From NCBI GenBank assembly GCA_964291235.2, contig OZ219815.1:800001-864000 (forward strand): a stretch of DNA of 64,000 nt, read 5' to 3'. Of the stretch, positions 9,607 to 18,444 are shown one piece after another. A program made the position numbers and the translations under genes. The stretch comes from Vicinamibacteria bacterium. GTDB lineage: Bacteria; Acidobacteriota; Vicinamibacteria; Marinacidobacterales; Marinacidobacteraceae. Each line of letters begins with the position of its first letter. The first letter of the stretch is position 1. A model generated the notes under the pieces. The model was not told the origin of the DNA and did not search any database. It saw only the letters and a program-made list of their open reading frames with translations.

Positions 9607-12396
9607 CTAGAACATGTAGCCGGCGCGGAAATACAGGCCCGTCATGTCGCGCCCCTTCATGATGGCGACGCTGATGGTCGTGCGGCGCTCCAGCAGCGAC
9701 AGCCAGAACCCCCCGCCCGTGCCGTTGTGCCAGTCGTCGGCACCGACCGGATCTCCGGCGAAGAAGACGCGGCCGACGTCGGCGGCCCCGAACAGGCCGA
9801 ATTCCCCGGGCACCAGGACGTTGATCCGGGCGAGCGCCAGTCGCAGTTCGGCGTTCCCGTAGAGCGAGGCGTCCCCCGCGAAACGATTCTTGTGGAAGCC
9901 GCGCAGCGGACCGTCCGCCTGGCCCAGTCCCGCGCGGCCGGGACCCCCCAGGAAGGCGCTTTCGTGAAAGGGGTAGGTTCCCCACACCTTCTTGCCGCCC
10001 GCTCTCAGGGCCAGCGTCGGGTTGGTCGGGATGTGCGCCGTCAGGTAGGTGCGGGCTTCGACATCCACGTTTCCGAAGGGCGACTGCACGTCCCAGACAC
10101 CGGGATAGGCGGCGGCCGACACCCTGGCGAGCAACCCCCGGGTTGCGTACGCCGGATTGTCGCGGTTGTCGTACTCGATTTCGCCGCGCACTCCGATCTG
10201 GCCGAAGGTACCCGTGCCGTACAGGGGTTCATCCAGGGAACCGATGAAAAAGTCCCGGTTCGACTCCGTGGGCGTGTTCGACCACTCGATGACCGGTCCG
10301 AGGCTGACCGTGAGTTCCGAGCGCAGCGGCATCGTGCCATCCCCGGTCGCATCCACATCCTCCGTTCCCTTTCGAAACTCGAGAGCCGGAGCCACAACGA
10401 GGTTCCGTTGCTCCACCTTGTAGTACGAGGACGGTTTCTCGAGCCGGAAGTCGTTGCCGAAACCCTTGAAGCGGGTCACCTCGAATCCCGAGTACTCGAG
10501 GGCCAGCCGGGCGTCGATACCGGGCCGGACGTGGCGAAAGGTGCCAACGTACGACAGGAAGGGCTTGAAGCCCCGGCTGGCCAGCCCGACGTCGAAATAG
10601 TGCCGGGTGGCGAACGGGTCCTTCCGGAATCCGAAGTACTTCCGGCTGTGGATCACCCGCGTGAACACACCCAGATCGGGGTCCGCCCAGACGATGGGAC
10701 GGGTGCCCGATTGCATGCCCCAGTCCAGGGCGTAGCGCGACCTGACGACCGTGCTCGGAGGACGCTGATAGGGGCGTTCGTCCACGCGGGCTCCCCTGCC
10801 CCTGACGAATTCGTTGTTGCCGCGAAAGTCATGGAAATGGGTCTTTGAGGCACCGGCGTCCGATGCGTTCGTGAAGGTGTCACTCCCGCCGCCACCGTCC
10901 ACGCGCACCGCAATCCGTCCGTCGCCGCCCGTTATCTCCGCGCGGTCGCTCCCGCCGCGGAGGTAGATCCGGACTTCCCGGGTCTCTTCGTGCCGGAAGG
11001 TCCGCTCGAACCAGGGCGGCTCCGGATCTTCGTCGGAATCGTCGGCGAAACCGATCCGGACCGCGAGGTCCCCGCCCGGCAGGTGCTCGGCGTGGACGTA
11101 CTCATCCTCGTCGGTGGCCTGGATCTCGACCTGGCGGGTGATCAGTTCGTAGTAGCGGGTGACGAACTCCGGCAGCGCGTCGCGCCGCGCCTTGAGCGCC
11201 TCCGCGATGTCTTCCCCGACGAGTTCGTAGTACGGCTCCGGAAGCCGTCTTGCCGCGGCCTCGATGACGGGGTCCGGCAGGCCGGCGCGAAACGACTCCA
11301 CCACCTCGTCCCACGCCGGCTTGTCGAGCCCGGCGAGGAACTCGCGGTCCAGCTCCCAGCCGGTGATCGTCAGCCCCACCAGGCTCGGATACGTGTCCTC
11401 GAACTTGATCGCCCTCGGGAGCGCCGTCCGCACCAGCATCATGGCGACCCCGCCGTAGTGGATGAAGGCCTGGTCGCGGTCCTCCGGTATCGGGACCCAG
11501 GTGTGACAGTCGCCGTCGGGGAACCGCGCCCAGCGCCACTGGCCCGAATGACGGTCCTTGTCGTTGATGAGCAGGTCCATCAATCGCGCCTTGAGAAAGG
11601 CGCGGGCGTCAATCCGGTCGCAGCGGTTTTCTTCCAGGTCCTCCCACACGGTCTCCGTTCCGCTGACCTTCCGCGAGCCGGCGAACCCGGGGGTGTCGTC
11701 GGGACCCTCGGAGGGATGCTCCTGCAAGGTACCGATCAGGCCGGCGAACTCTTCGCGGTATTCGCCGAGCCGGGGATCGTCGGGAATCACCACCAGCGTG
11801 TGCTTCGAATGGAGGATGCCGGTGGCTTCCATGAGCGGATCGACCACCAGCGCCGCGGCGGGCAGCAGCGTGCTGATCAGGTCCTGGAGCACCTCCCCCA
11901 CGATCGTGTTCTTGATGTCGTCGGCCAGCCTCTTGGTGGGGTCCTTGTCGAGGGACCGAACCGTGTAGCGGCGGCCGTCCTCGCCGGTGAAGTGGAGCGA
12001 GACGGACTGCCCGAACCCGCCGGTCCGCAGCGGCGTCAGGCCGCCGCCGACGGCGCCGAGGTCAAGGACCGCGACCTCGATGGGCGTCGTCCAGAGATCG
12101 CGGTAGTTGTCGCCGTAGAACCAGCGCTTGGAGGGGCTGGCCCGGAACCTCTCTCCCGGCACCACCGAGTGCGTCTTTGCGCCCGGGGGAGGAATGGACC
12201 GCAGAATCCTGGGACCCTGGGTGGGCTGATGCTCCTGAGCCGGCGCAGGTGGAGCGGTGGACGGGATCAGCGCCAGAGAAGCGGCAAGCGCCACCCACCT
12301 GCGGGTGTTCCCCAGCCGGACTCGGACTGCCGCAATCGGAGGGATGTTGCGCGTCAAGGTTTCTCCCGGCATCGGAAGCAGGGCCGTGGTGCGCAT
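9607..12396 (-). CDS. Omp85/BamA-TamA-family outer-membrane protein with N-terminal atypical kinase-like domain
   Basis: C-terminal barrel with LRGFHKNRFAGD (VRGF-like loop 6) and terminal YFRAGYMF. N-domain has GGFGQS, DLLINDKDRHSGQWRW and PEDRDQAF. Confidence 0.8.
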   Translation of the reverse strand: MRTTALLPMPGETLTRNIPPIAAVRVRLGNTRRWVALAASLALIPSTAPPAPAQEHQPTQGPRILRSIPPPGAKTHSVVPGERFRASPSKRWFYGDNYRDLWTTPIEVAVLDLGAVGGGLTPLRTGGFGQSVSLHFTGEDGRRYTVRSLDKDPTKRLADDIKNTIVGEVLQDLISTLLPAAALVVDPLMEATGILHSKHTLVVIPDDPRLGEYREEFAGLIGTLQEHPSEGPDDTPGFAGSRKVSGTETVWEDLEENRCDRIDARAFLKARLMDLLINDKDRHSGQWRWARFPDGDCHTWVPIPEDRDQAFIHYGGVAMMLVRTALPRAIKFEDTYPSLVGLTITGWELDREFLAGLDKPAWDEVVESFRAGLPDPVIEAAARRLPEPYYELVGEDIAEALKARRDALPEFVTRYYELITRQVEIQATDEDEYVHAEHLPGGDLAVRIGFADDSDEDPEPPWFERTFRHEETREVRIYLRGGSDRAEITGGDGRIAVRVDGGGGSDTFTNASDAGASKTHFHDFRGNNEFVRGRGARVDERPYQRPPSTVVRSRYALDWGMQSGTRPIVWADPDLGVFTRVIHSRKYFGFRKDPFATRHYFDVGLASRGFKPFLSYVGTFRHVRPGIDARLALEYSGFEVTRFKGFGNDFRLEKPSSYYKVEQRNLVVAPALEFRKGTEDVDATGDGTMPLRSELTVSLGPVIEWSNTPTESNRDFFIGSLDEPLYGTGTFGQIGVRGEIEYDNRDNPAYATRGLLARVSAAAYPGVWDVQSPFGNVDVEARTYLTAHIPTNPTLALRAGGKKVWGTYPFHESAFLGGPGRAGLGQADGPLRGFHKNRFAGDASLYGNAELRLALARINVLVPGEFGLFGAADVGRVFFAGDPVGADDWHNGTGGGFWLSLLERRTTISVAIMKGRDMTGLYFRAGYMF

Positions 12397-12773
12397 ACGC
12401 CGGGTTGCGGAGGGAGTCCGCGAACGGGATCAGTCTACCGGACGTAAGTGACACGTATTGCAGTCCGATATGCAATGCTCGGGCCTTGCGCCCTTACTCG
12501 TCCGAGTTCTGCCCCGATCCGGAAGACGGGCGACAATTGGCGCGGTTGCCGGACCCGGCGCCGGGCGGCGCCTTCCTCGCCCGTCGTGTGGTAGCGGTCC
12601 CCGGAGCAGGGCGGCAGTTGGGCCTACACTGCCAACGAAACACTGTTCGCCTGGTGGCTTGGCCCGCCGACCGGATCCGCCGGTTTCGCACTCGCGAACC
12701 CGACGGTGCGGAGGCGATTGCGGTGTTTTTCGATCCAATACGAATCCACCTCAAAAGTGACAGTGCAGACGAC

Positions 12774-13925
12774 ATGCAGACCCGCGCTTTCTTGACCGCG
12801 GCCACGACCGCCGCACTCGCGTTGACCGCGTGCGGCGGGACAGCGGGCCGCCGGATCACGGAATTCATGCGCTCCGGGCCGCCTCCGCTGCCGGCCGACA
12901 CTCGGACCGTGGTCGCGGTTACCGAAACCCCGCCGGTGACGGACCCCGGCGACGCCGCGGACGACCCGGCGATCTGGGTCAACACGGCGGACCCGTCGGC
13001 CAGCCTGGTCGTGGCGACCAACAAGCTGCGCGGCCTGCTCGTTTACGGCATCGACGGCGAACTCGTGTCCTCGAGCGATGTCGGTGAGGTCAACAACGTC
13101 GATCTGCGAGTCGGCGGGACCGGCGAGGAGGCGGTGATTGTCGTGTCGGCCACGAACCGCGCCGGTCGGACAATCGACGTCTTCGGCCTCGATCCCGGGA
13201 CGGGAAACCTGTTCCCCCTGCTGAACGCTCCGATCACGCCCGACTTTACGGAAGACCCCTACGGCCTGTGCATGTACCAGAGTGCCGTGAATGGAGATCT
13301 GTACGTCTTCGCCATCGGTTTTGATGGGACCGTCGAGCAATGGCGGCTGGATGGCGGCACGGACAACGGGTGGACCGGAACGCTGGTGCGGTCCTGGGAG
13401 ATCGGCAGCAAGACCGAGGGGTGTGTTGCCGATGACGCCAACGGCTGGCTGTTCGTTGGCGAAGAAGAAGTGGGCATCTGGCGTTATGACGCCGAGCCCG
13501 ATACGGGGACGGCCGGGCGTACGGAAGTGGACCGGGTCGGGGTGGACCGGGCCGGCGGCGGACGTCTGGCCGCCTCCGTCGAAGGGGTGACCCTCTACGC
13601 GCCGCCGGGCGGCGACCCGCTCACTGGCTACTTGGTGGCGTCGAGTCAGGGGAACAACACCTACGTCGTCTACGACCGGGCGCCGCCGCACGCTTACCGC
13701 GGAACATTCCGCGTGGGAGATGGCGCGGGAACGGTCGACGGAACGGAGGACACGGACGGAGTGGATGTCGTGGCGACACCACTTGGGCCGAACTACCCGG
13801 CGGGACTGATCGTGGTGCAGGACGGCATCAACGTGGCTCCGGACGGGTCCGAGGCCAACCAGAACTTCAAGTTCGTATCCTGGCGCGACGTGGCCGAGGC
13901 ACTCGATCTGGTTCCCGGATCCTGA
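12774..13925 (+). CDS. Beta-propeller phytase (3-phytase, PhyC-like), lipoprotein
   Basis: Motifs DAADDPAIW, NNVDLR, YGLCMY, TEGCVAD, EEEVGIW, VEG, SSQGNN, TDGVD, VQDG and NQNFK; lipobox LTAC. Confidence 0.92.
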   Translation: MQTRAFLTAATTAALALTACGGTAGRRITEFMRSGPPPLPADTRTVVAVTETPPVTDPGDAADDPAIWVNTADPSASLVVATNKLRGLLVYGIDGELVSSSDVGEVNNVDLRVGGTGEEAVIVVSATNRAGRTIDVFGLDPGTGNLFPLLNAPITPDFTEDPYGLCMYQSAVNGDLYVFAIGFDGTVEQWRLDGGTDNGWTGTLVRSWEIGSKTEGCVADDANGWLFVGEEEVGIWRYDAEPDTGTAGRTEVDRVGVDRAGGGRLAASVEGVTLYAPPGGDPLTGYLVASSQGNNTYVVYDRAPPHAYRGTFRVGDGAGTVDGTEDTDGVDVVATPLGPNYPAGLIVVQDGINVAPDGSEANQNFKFVSWRDVAEALDLVPGS

Positions 13926-13946
13926 AATCCGCGGAGACGCAACCGT

Positions 13947-16900
13947 CTATTCGCCTTCGGGCAATGCGTCGATCCGCCACCTGCCATCGCTCTGTTTCGT
14001 AGCCGCGAACCCGTTCAGTTTCAGGCTGCCATCGACACACAGGACTTCGTAACAGCCTTCGCCGTCCTCGTTGACCCGGAACCGATTGTCGGTGAGGCTG
14101 AAGCCGGGAATGACGACCGTGCAGAACTCACCGGGGCTCAACAACTGGCCCACCGTGCAGGCGGGGCCCGTAAGCCCGACTTCGACCTTGACGCCGGCCG
14201 AACAGTTGTCGCCGGTGTCGCTCTCACCGCTCACGGCATCAACGCACGCGCCGTAGTAGTAGGTTCCCTCCGCACCTGGCGCCCTCAGCAGAACCGACGC
14301 CGTCACGCTGCTGCCGGCTGCCAGCGCCTCCAGGGAAGTGGTCTCTACCTCCGTATCGCTGGTCGAGATCGTCGAGTCCGACGAGCGGTAGTAGCGCAGC
14401 GTCGTCGAACCGGACGGACCGGTTCCCTCGTTCCGGACGGTGGCCGACAGCGTGAAGAAACCATCCGCAACCACCTTCGTCCGGCTGACCTCGGGAGATT
14501 CGGCGACGAGGTTCGGCTCTCCGCCGCCCGACTCCACGGTAAGCGAAACACCGAGCGAGCAGTTGTTGCCGGTGTCGCTCTCCCGGCTCACCGGCTCCAC
14601 GCACGCGCCGTAGTAATACGTCCCTGAAGAGTTCGGCGCCGTCAACCGAATCGACTCCGAGCCGCTCCTGCCCGCTGACAGCCCGAAAACGGAGTCCGTG
14701 CCCTCCTCCGTGTCTCCCGTCGATATCGTCGAGTCCCGCGAGCGGTAGTAGCGGAGCGTCGTTGACGCCGACCGCGTGCCGCCCTGGTTCCGGACGGTGG
14801 CCGACAGCGTGAAGCCCGCGCCCGGAATCACCGTGCTGTCGCTCACGTCGGGAGACTCGACGACCAGGTCCGGCCCGGCGACGGCCTCCACGGTGAGCGG
14901 CACGCCGGACGAGCAGTTGTTGCCCGTGTCGCTCTCCCCGTCCACCGGTTCGACGCAGGCGCCGTAGTAGTACGTTCCGGATGTGTCCGGCGCCCTCAGC
15001 CGAATCGACTCCGACCCGCTCCTGCCCGCTGACAGCCGGAAGACGGAATCCGTGCCCTCCTCCGTGTCCCCCGTCGATATCGTGGAGTCCGACGAACGGT
15101 AGTAGCGCAACGTCGTCGAGGTCGACCGAGTGCCACCCTGGTTGCGGACGATTGCCGACAGCCTGAAGGACGCGCCCACCGCCACCGTACTGCTGCTGAC
15201 CTCCGGAGACTCGACGATCAGGTCCCGCCCGGCGACCGACTCCACCTCAAGCGACACGCCGGACGAACAGTTGTTGCCCGTGTCGCTCTCCCCGCTCACC
15301 GGATCGACGCAGGCACCGTAGTAGTACGTCCCGGGTGCGTCCGGCGCCGTCAACCGAATCGACTCCAGCCCGGTCGCACCAGCAGACAGTCGGGAAACGA
15401 GGTCCGTCCCCACCTCCGTGTCCCCCGTCGATATCGCCGGGTCCGACGAGCGGTAGTAGTGCAGCGTCGTCGATTCGGACCGGCCGCCGCCCTGGTTCCG
15501 GACGCTGGCCGAAAGCGTGAAGGACCCTTCCGGAACCACCGTATTGCTGCTGACTCCGGGGGATTCGACGACCAGGTCCGGGACTGTTACGCCGCCTGAC
15601 TCCACGACCAGCGGCACGCCGGACGAGCAGTTGTTACCCGTGTCGCTCTCCCCGCTCACCGGCTCCACGCAGGCGCCGTAGTAATACATCCCGGGTGCGT
15701 CCGGAGCCGTGAGCCGAGTCGACTCCAGCCCGGTCGCACCAGCAGACAGTCGGGAAACGAGATCCGTGCCCTCCTCCGTGTCCCCCGTCGATATCGCCGG
15801 GTCGGACGAGCGGTAGTAGTGCAGCGTCGTCGATTCGGACCGGCCGCCGCCCTGGTTCCGGACGCTGGCCGAAAGCGTGAAGCCCCGACCCGGAATCACC
15901 GCAGTGTCGCTCACGTTGGGAGATTCAACGACCAGGTCCGGCCCGGGGACCGCCTCCACGACCAGCGGCACGCCGGCCGAGCAGTTGTTGCCCGTGTCGC
16001 TCTCCCCGCTCACCGGCTCCACACAGGCGCCGTAGTAGTACGTCCCGGGTGCGTCCGGCGCCGTCAACCGAATCGACTCCGACCCGCTCCTTCCCGCCGA
16101 CAGCCCGAAGACGGAGTCCGTGCCCTCCTCCGTATCGCCCGTCGATATTGTCGGGTCCGACGAGCGGTAGTAGCGCAGCGTCGTCGACTCGGACGGGTCG
16201 GCACCCTGGTTGCGCACCGTGGCAGACAGCCTGAACGACCCCTCCGGAACCACCGTACTGCTGCTGACCCCGGGAGACTCGACGACCAGGTCCGGCCCCG
16301 CGCCGCCACCCTCGGGAAGGGCGTCGATCCGCCACGCGCCGCTACTCTGCCTGCTGGCTCTGAACCCGTCCAGGGGCAGGCTGTCACTGGAACAGGTGGT
16401 TCCGTAACAGCCGCGGCCGTCCGAGGTGACCTGAAACCAATGGTCCGGGACGCTGTCGCCAGGAATAGCGACCGTGCACGACTCGCCGACACCCACCACC
16501 AGCCCCACCCTGCACGCCGGGCGGCTGCCACCGGCATCGCCCAGGCGGACTCTGGCGATTGTCCGCTGGGTGGCGAACCGGCCTTCGGGGTCGGTGGCCG
16601 TAACCGTAACGATCGCTGACCCGTCACTGACGGGGCGGAGCGTCATGATGCTGCCCGAGACGCTGGCCAACACGACCTGGACCGCAGCGGAGACCACCGA
16701 GTACCTCAGCGCGTCGCCATCCGGATCCTCAAAGTACGGCGCTACGTCCACCCTCACCGCGCCTTCTCCCACGGTCAGTTGCTGCAAGGGAATTATTCCG
16801 AGAGGGGACGGGGCGCGGTTTTTCTCCTCCTCCTGCCCCAGCGACAACAGGGGAGACGTGAGGAGGGGAATGCTGCCGTCCGTGCAACCCGAGGCCTGGA

Positions 16901-16979
16901 ACAGGCCAAGGAGAAGGAGCGCGTAACCGGTGCCGGGTCGGCAATCAGTCAGCCTGTGCATTCCCTTGGTATCCGCCAT
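13947..16979 (-). CDS. Large surface (lipo)protein: cadherin/Ig-like domain, six CARDB repeats and two Cys-rich modules
   Basis: FEDPDGDAL.Y…VTATDPEG domain; six ~118-aa repeats PDLVVESP…VRNQG…YYYGACV…ESDTGNNCS; possible lipobox ASGC. Start uncertain. Confidence 0.8.
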   Translation of the reverse strand: MADTKGMHRLTDCRPGTGYALLLLGLFQASGCTDGSIPLLTSPLLSLGQEEEKNRAPSPLGIIPLQQLTVGEGAVRVDVAPYFEDPDGDALRYSVVSAAVQVVLASVSGSIMTLRPVSDGSAIVTVTATDPEGRFATQRTIARVRLGDAGGSRPACRVGLVVGVGESCTVAIPGDSVPDHWFQVTSDGRGCYGTTCSSDSLPLDGFRASRQSSGAWRIDALPEGGGAGPDLVVESPGVSSSTVVPEGSFRLSATVRNQGADPSESTTLRYYRSSDPTISTGDTEEGTDSVFGLSAGRSGSESIRLTAPDAPGTYYYGACVEPVSGESDTGNNCSAGVPLVVEAVPGPDLVVESPNVSDTAVIPGRGFTLSASVRNQGGGRSESTTLHYYRSSDPAISTGDTEEGTDLVSRLSAGATGLESTRLTAPDAPGMYYYGACVEPVSGESDTGNNCSSGVPLVVESGGVTVPDLVVESPGVSSNTVVPEGSFTLSASVRNQGGGRSESTTLHYYRSSDPAISTGDTEVGTDLVSRLSAGATGLESIRLTAPDAPGTYYYGACVDPVSGESDTGNNCSSGVSLEVESVAGRDLIVESPEVSSSTVAVGASFRLSAIVRNQGGTRSTSTTLRYYRSSDSTISTGDTEEGTDSVFRLSAGRSGSESIRLRAPDTSGTYYYGACVEPVDGESDTGNNCSSGVPLTVEAVAGPDLVVESPDVSDSTVIPGAGFTLSATVRNQGGTRSASTTLRYYRSRDSTISTGDTEEGTDSVFGLSAGRSGSESIRLTAPNSSGTYYYGACVEPVSRESDTGNNCSLGVSLTVESGGGEPNLVAESPEVSRTKVVADGFFTLSATVRNEGTGPSGSTTLRYYRSSDSTISTSDTEVETTSLEALAAGSSVTASVLLRAPGAEGTYYYGACVDAVSGESDTGDNCSAGVKVEVGLTGPACTVGQLLSPGEFCTVVIPGFSLTDNRFRVNEDGEGCYEVLCVDGSLKLNGFAATKQSDGRWRIDALPEGE

Positions 16980-17340
16980 CGCATCACCCTTCAAGGCGGT
17001 GAATGCAAGTCGTGTGCTGTCCCGCCAAACAAAGTCGGCGCGCCGGACCGGGCGACGATCCGGCGGGACGAACATGCTGACGGAGCTGGATCGTTCAGCC
17101 TTCGGCAGGGCGGCCGCGACAGCGTCCCCAAGACGCGTGGTGCGCCGACAGGCCCAAGGGATCCATTACCGCCAGGCCGAGGAGCGATCCCGTGAGGCCC
17201 AAGCAAGCGGCTCCTTCCTCCGCGAACACGAGATGCGGAGTCGGTGAGTAGTCTGGTACCAGCATCTGCCCGGCGCCAAGGTCGCTGTCCTCTCAGCAGG
17301 CCGCGGCTCGCGCGCGCCTGCTCCGGGCGGTCCCGGCGGG

Positions 17341-18444
17341 TCAGCGCGCGCGGCGCGAGACGGCGCCCTCCTCGCCGGTCGTGTGGTAGCTGTCGCCGTA
17401 GTACTTGCTGGTGATGCGGGTGTGGAAGTCCTCGGCGCGGACCGGGGGATAGAGCGGCGCGCCCTGATTCGGGAGGACTTCGAGGAGCTCGTCCTCCCAG
17501 ACGTAGATCGCCATGGGGAACGAGGTCCGCGGCCGGGACCGGGCGGCGGGATCCCGGGGGGCGCTCACCCGGTGGGTGGTGGATGGCAGGCGGTTGTTGG
17601 TGATCCGCTGCATGTAGTCGCCGGTGTTCAGCACGATGGTGCCCGGCGGCGCGGCCACCCGCACCCACTTCATGGTCTTCCGGTGGAGGAGCTGTAACCC
17701 TTCCGTTTCCGCGGCGGGAAGGATGGTGAAGAGGTCCACGTCCTCGTGGCCGAGCATCCTGCCGGTGGTCGTTTCCGGGACATCGGCCATGGGCGGGTAG
17801 TAGTTCAGCCGGAAGCCGAAGTTGGTCGCGGTGAGGCGCTCGTCGAAGAGCGCGGGATCCTCACCCAGATAGGCGAGGACAGACCGCATGATCGGCTGGA
17901 TCAGTCGCTGGTGGGCCTCGACCACCTGCCGGAAGAACGGCTCCCAACCGGAAGAGGGCCAGAAGGCGGCCTCCTCCCAGTCCGGGTTTTCCCCGAGATC
18001 GAACGCCCGCCGGCAGAAGACCCAGCCTTCCACGAGGTCCGGATGGATGACCGTGGTCTCGCGCATCGGGAAGTAGCCCTGGTTCACCGAGCCCTGCCGG
18101 TGCGCCCGGTAGCGCAGCTTCTCCTCGAGCGCGTGGCCCTCGAAGAACTCCCGGGTCCGGCGGTGAGCCTCCCCGTAGAGCGCCGGATCCACCCCGTGAC
18201 CGGTGAGGATCGCGAACCCGGTGTCCTCGAGCGATTCGCCGAGGTCCGTGATGAACCGCTCCCGCGCGGCGCCCTCCGGCGACGCAAGCAGCGAGAGATC
18301 GCACGGCTTCAGGACGAAATCCTCGTCGAACTCCTCCTCGGCGCCCTCCGCCAGCCGGTAGCGCTGGAGTTTCGCGACCTGCTCGTAGGCGCGCAGCTCC
18401 TGATTGAACTCCGCCGGCGCCTCGGTGGAACGGAAGGTGTTCAC
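17341..18444 (-). CDS. Isopenicillin N synthase-family Fe(II)/2-oxoglutarate oxygenase
   Basis: GFAILTGHGV, FRLNYYPP, GHEDVD (HxD), NTGDYMQRITN, TTHRV and RTS. GTG start overlaps the upstream stop. Confidence 0.9.
   Translation of the reverse strand: MNTFRSTEAPAEFNQELRAYEQVAKLQRYRLAEGAEEEFDEDFVLKPCDLSLLASPEGAARERFITDLGESLEDTGFAILTGHGVDPALYGEAHRRTREFFEGHALEEKLRYRAHRQGSVNQGYFPMRETTVIHPDLVEGWVFCRRAFDLGENPDWEEAAFWPSSGWEPFFRQVVEAHQRLIQPIMRSVLAYLGEDPALFDERLTATNFGFRLNYYPPMADVPETTTGRMLGHEDVDLFTILPAAETEGLQLLHRKTMKWVRVAAPPGTIVLNTGDYMQRITNNRLPSTTHRVSAPRDPAARSRPRTSFPMAIYVWEDELLEVLPNQGAPLYPPVRAEDFHTRITSKYYGDSYHTTGEEGAVSRRAR

Noticed and set aside
12440-12775. Pho boxes in the divergent Omp85/phytase promoter
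   Set aside because: TGTCA-like half-sites exist but are 9 or 12 bp apart, not the 11-bp period.
17235-17310. tRNA-like sequence (AGTAGTCTGGTA)
   Set aside because: No T-arm GTTCRA motif or acceptor-stem pairing.
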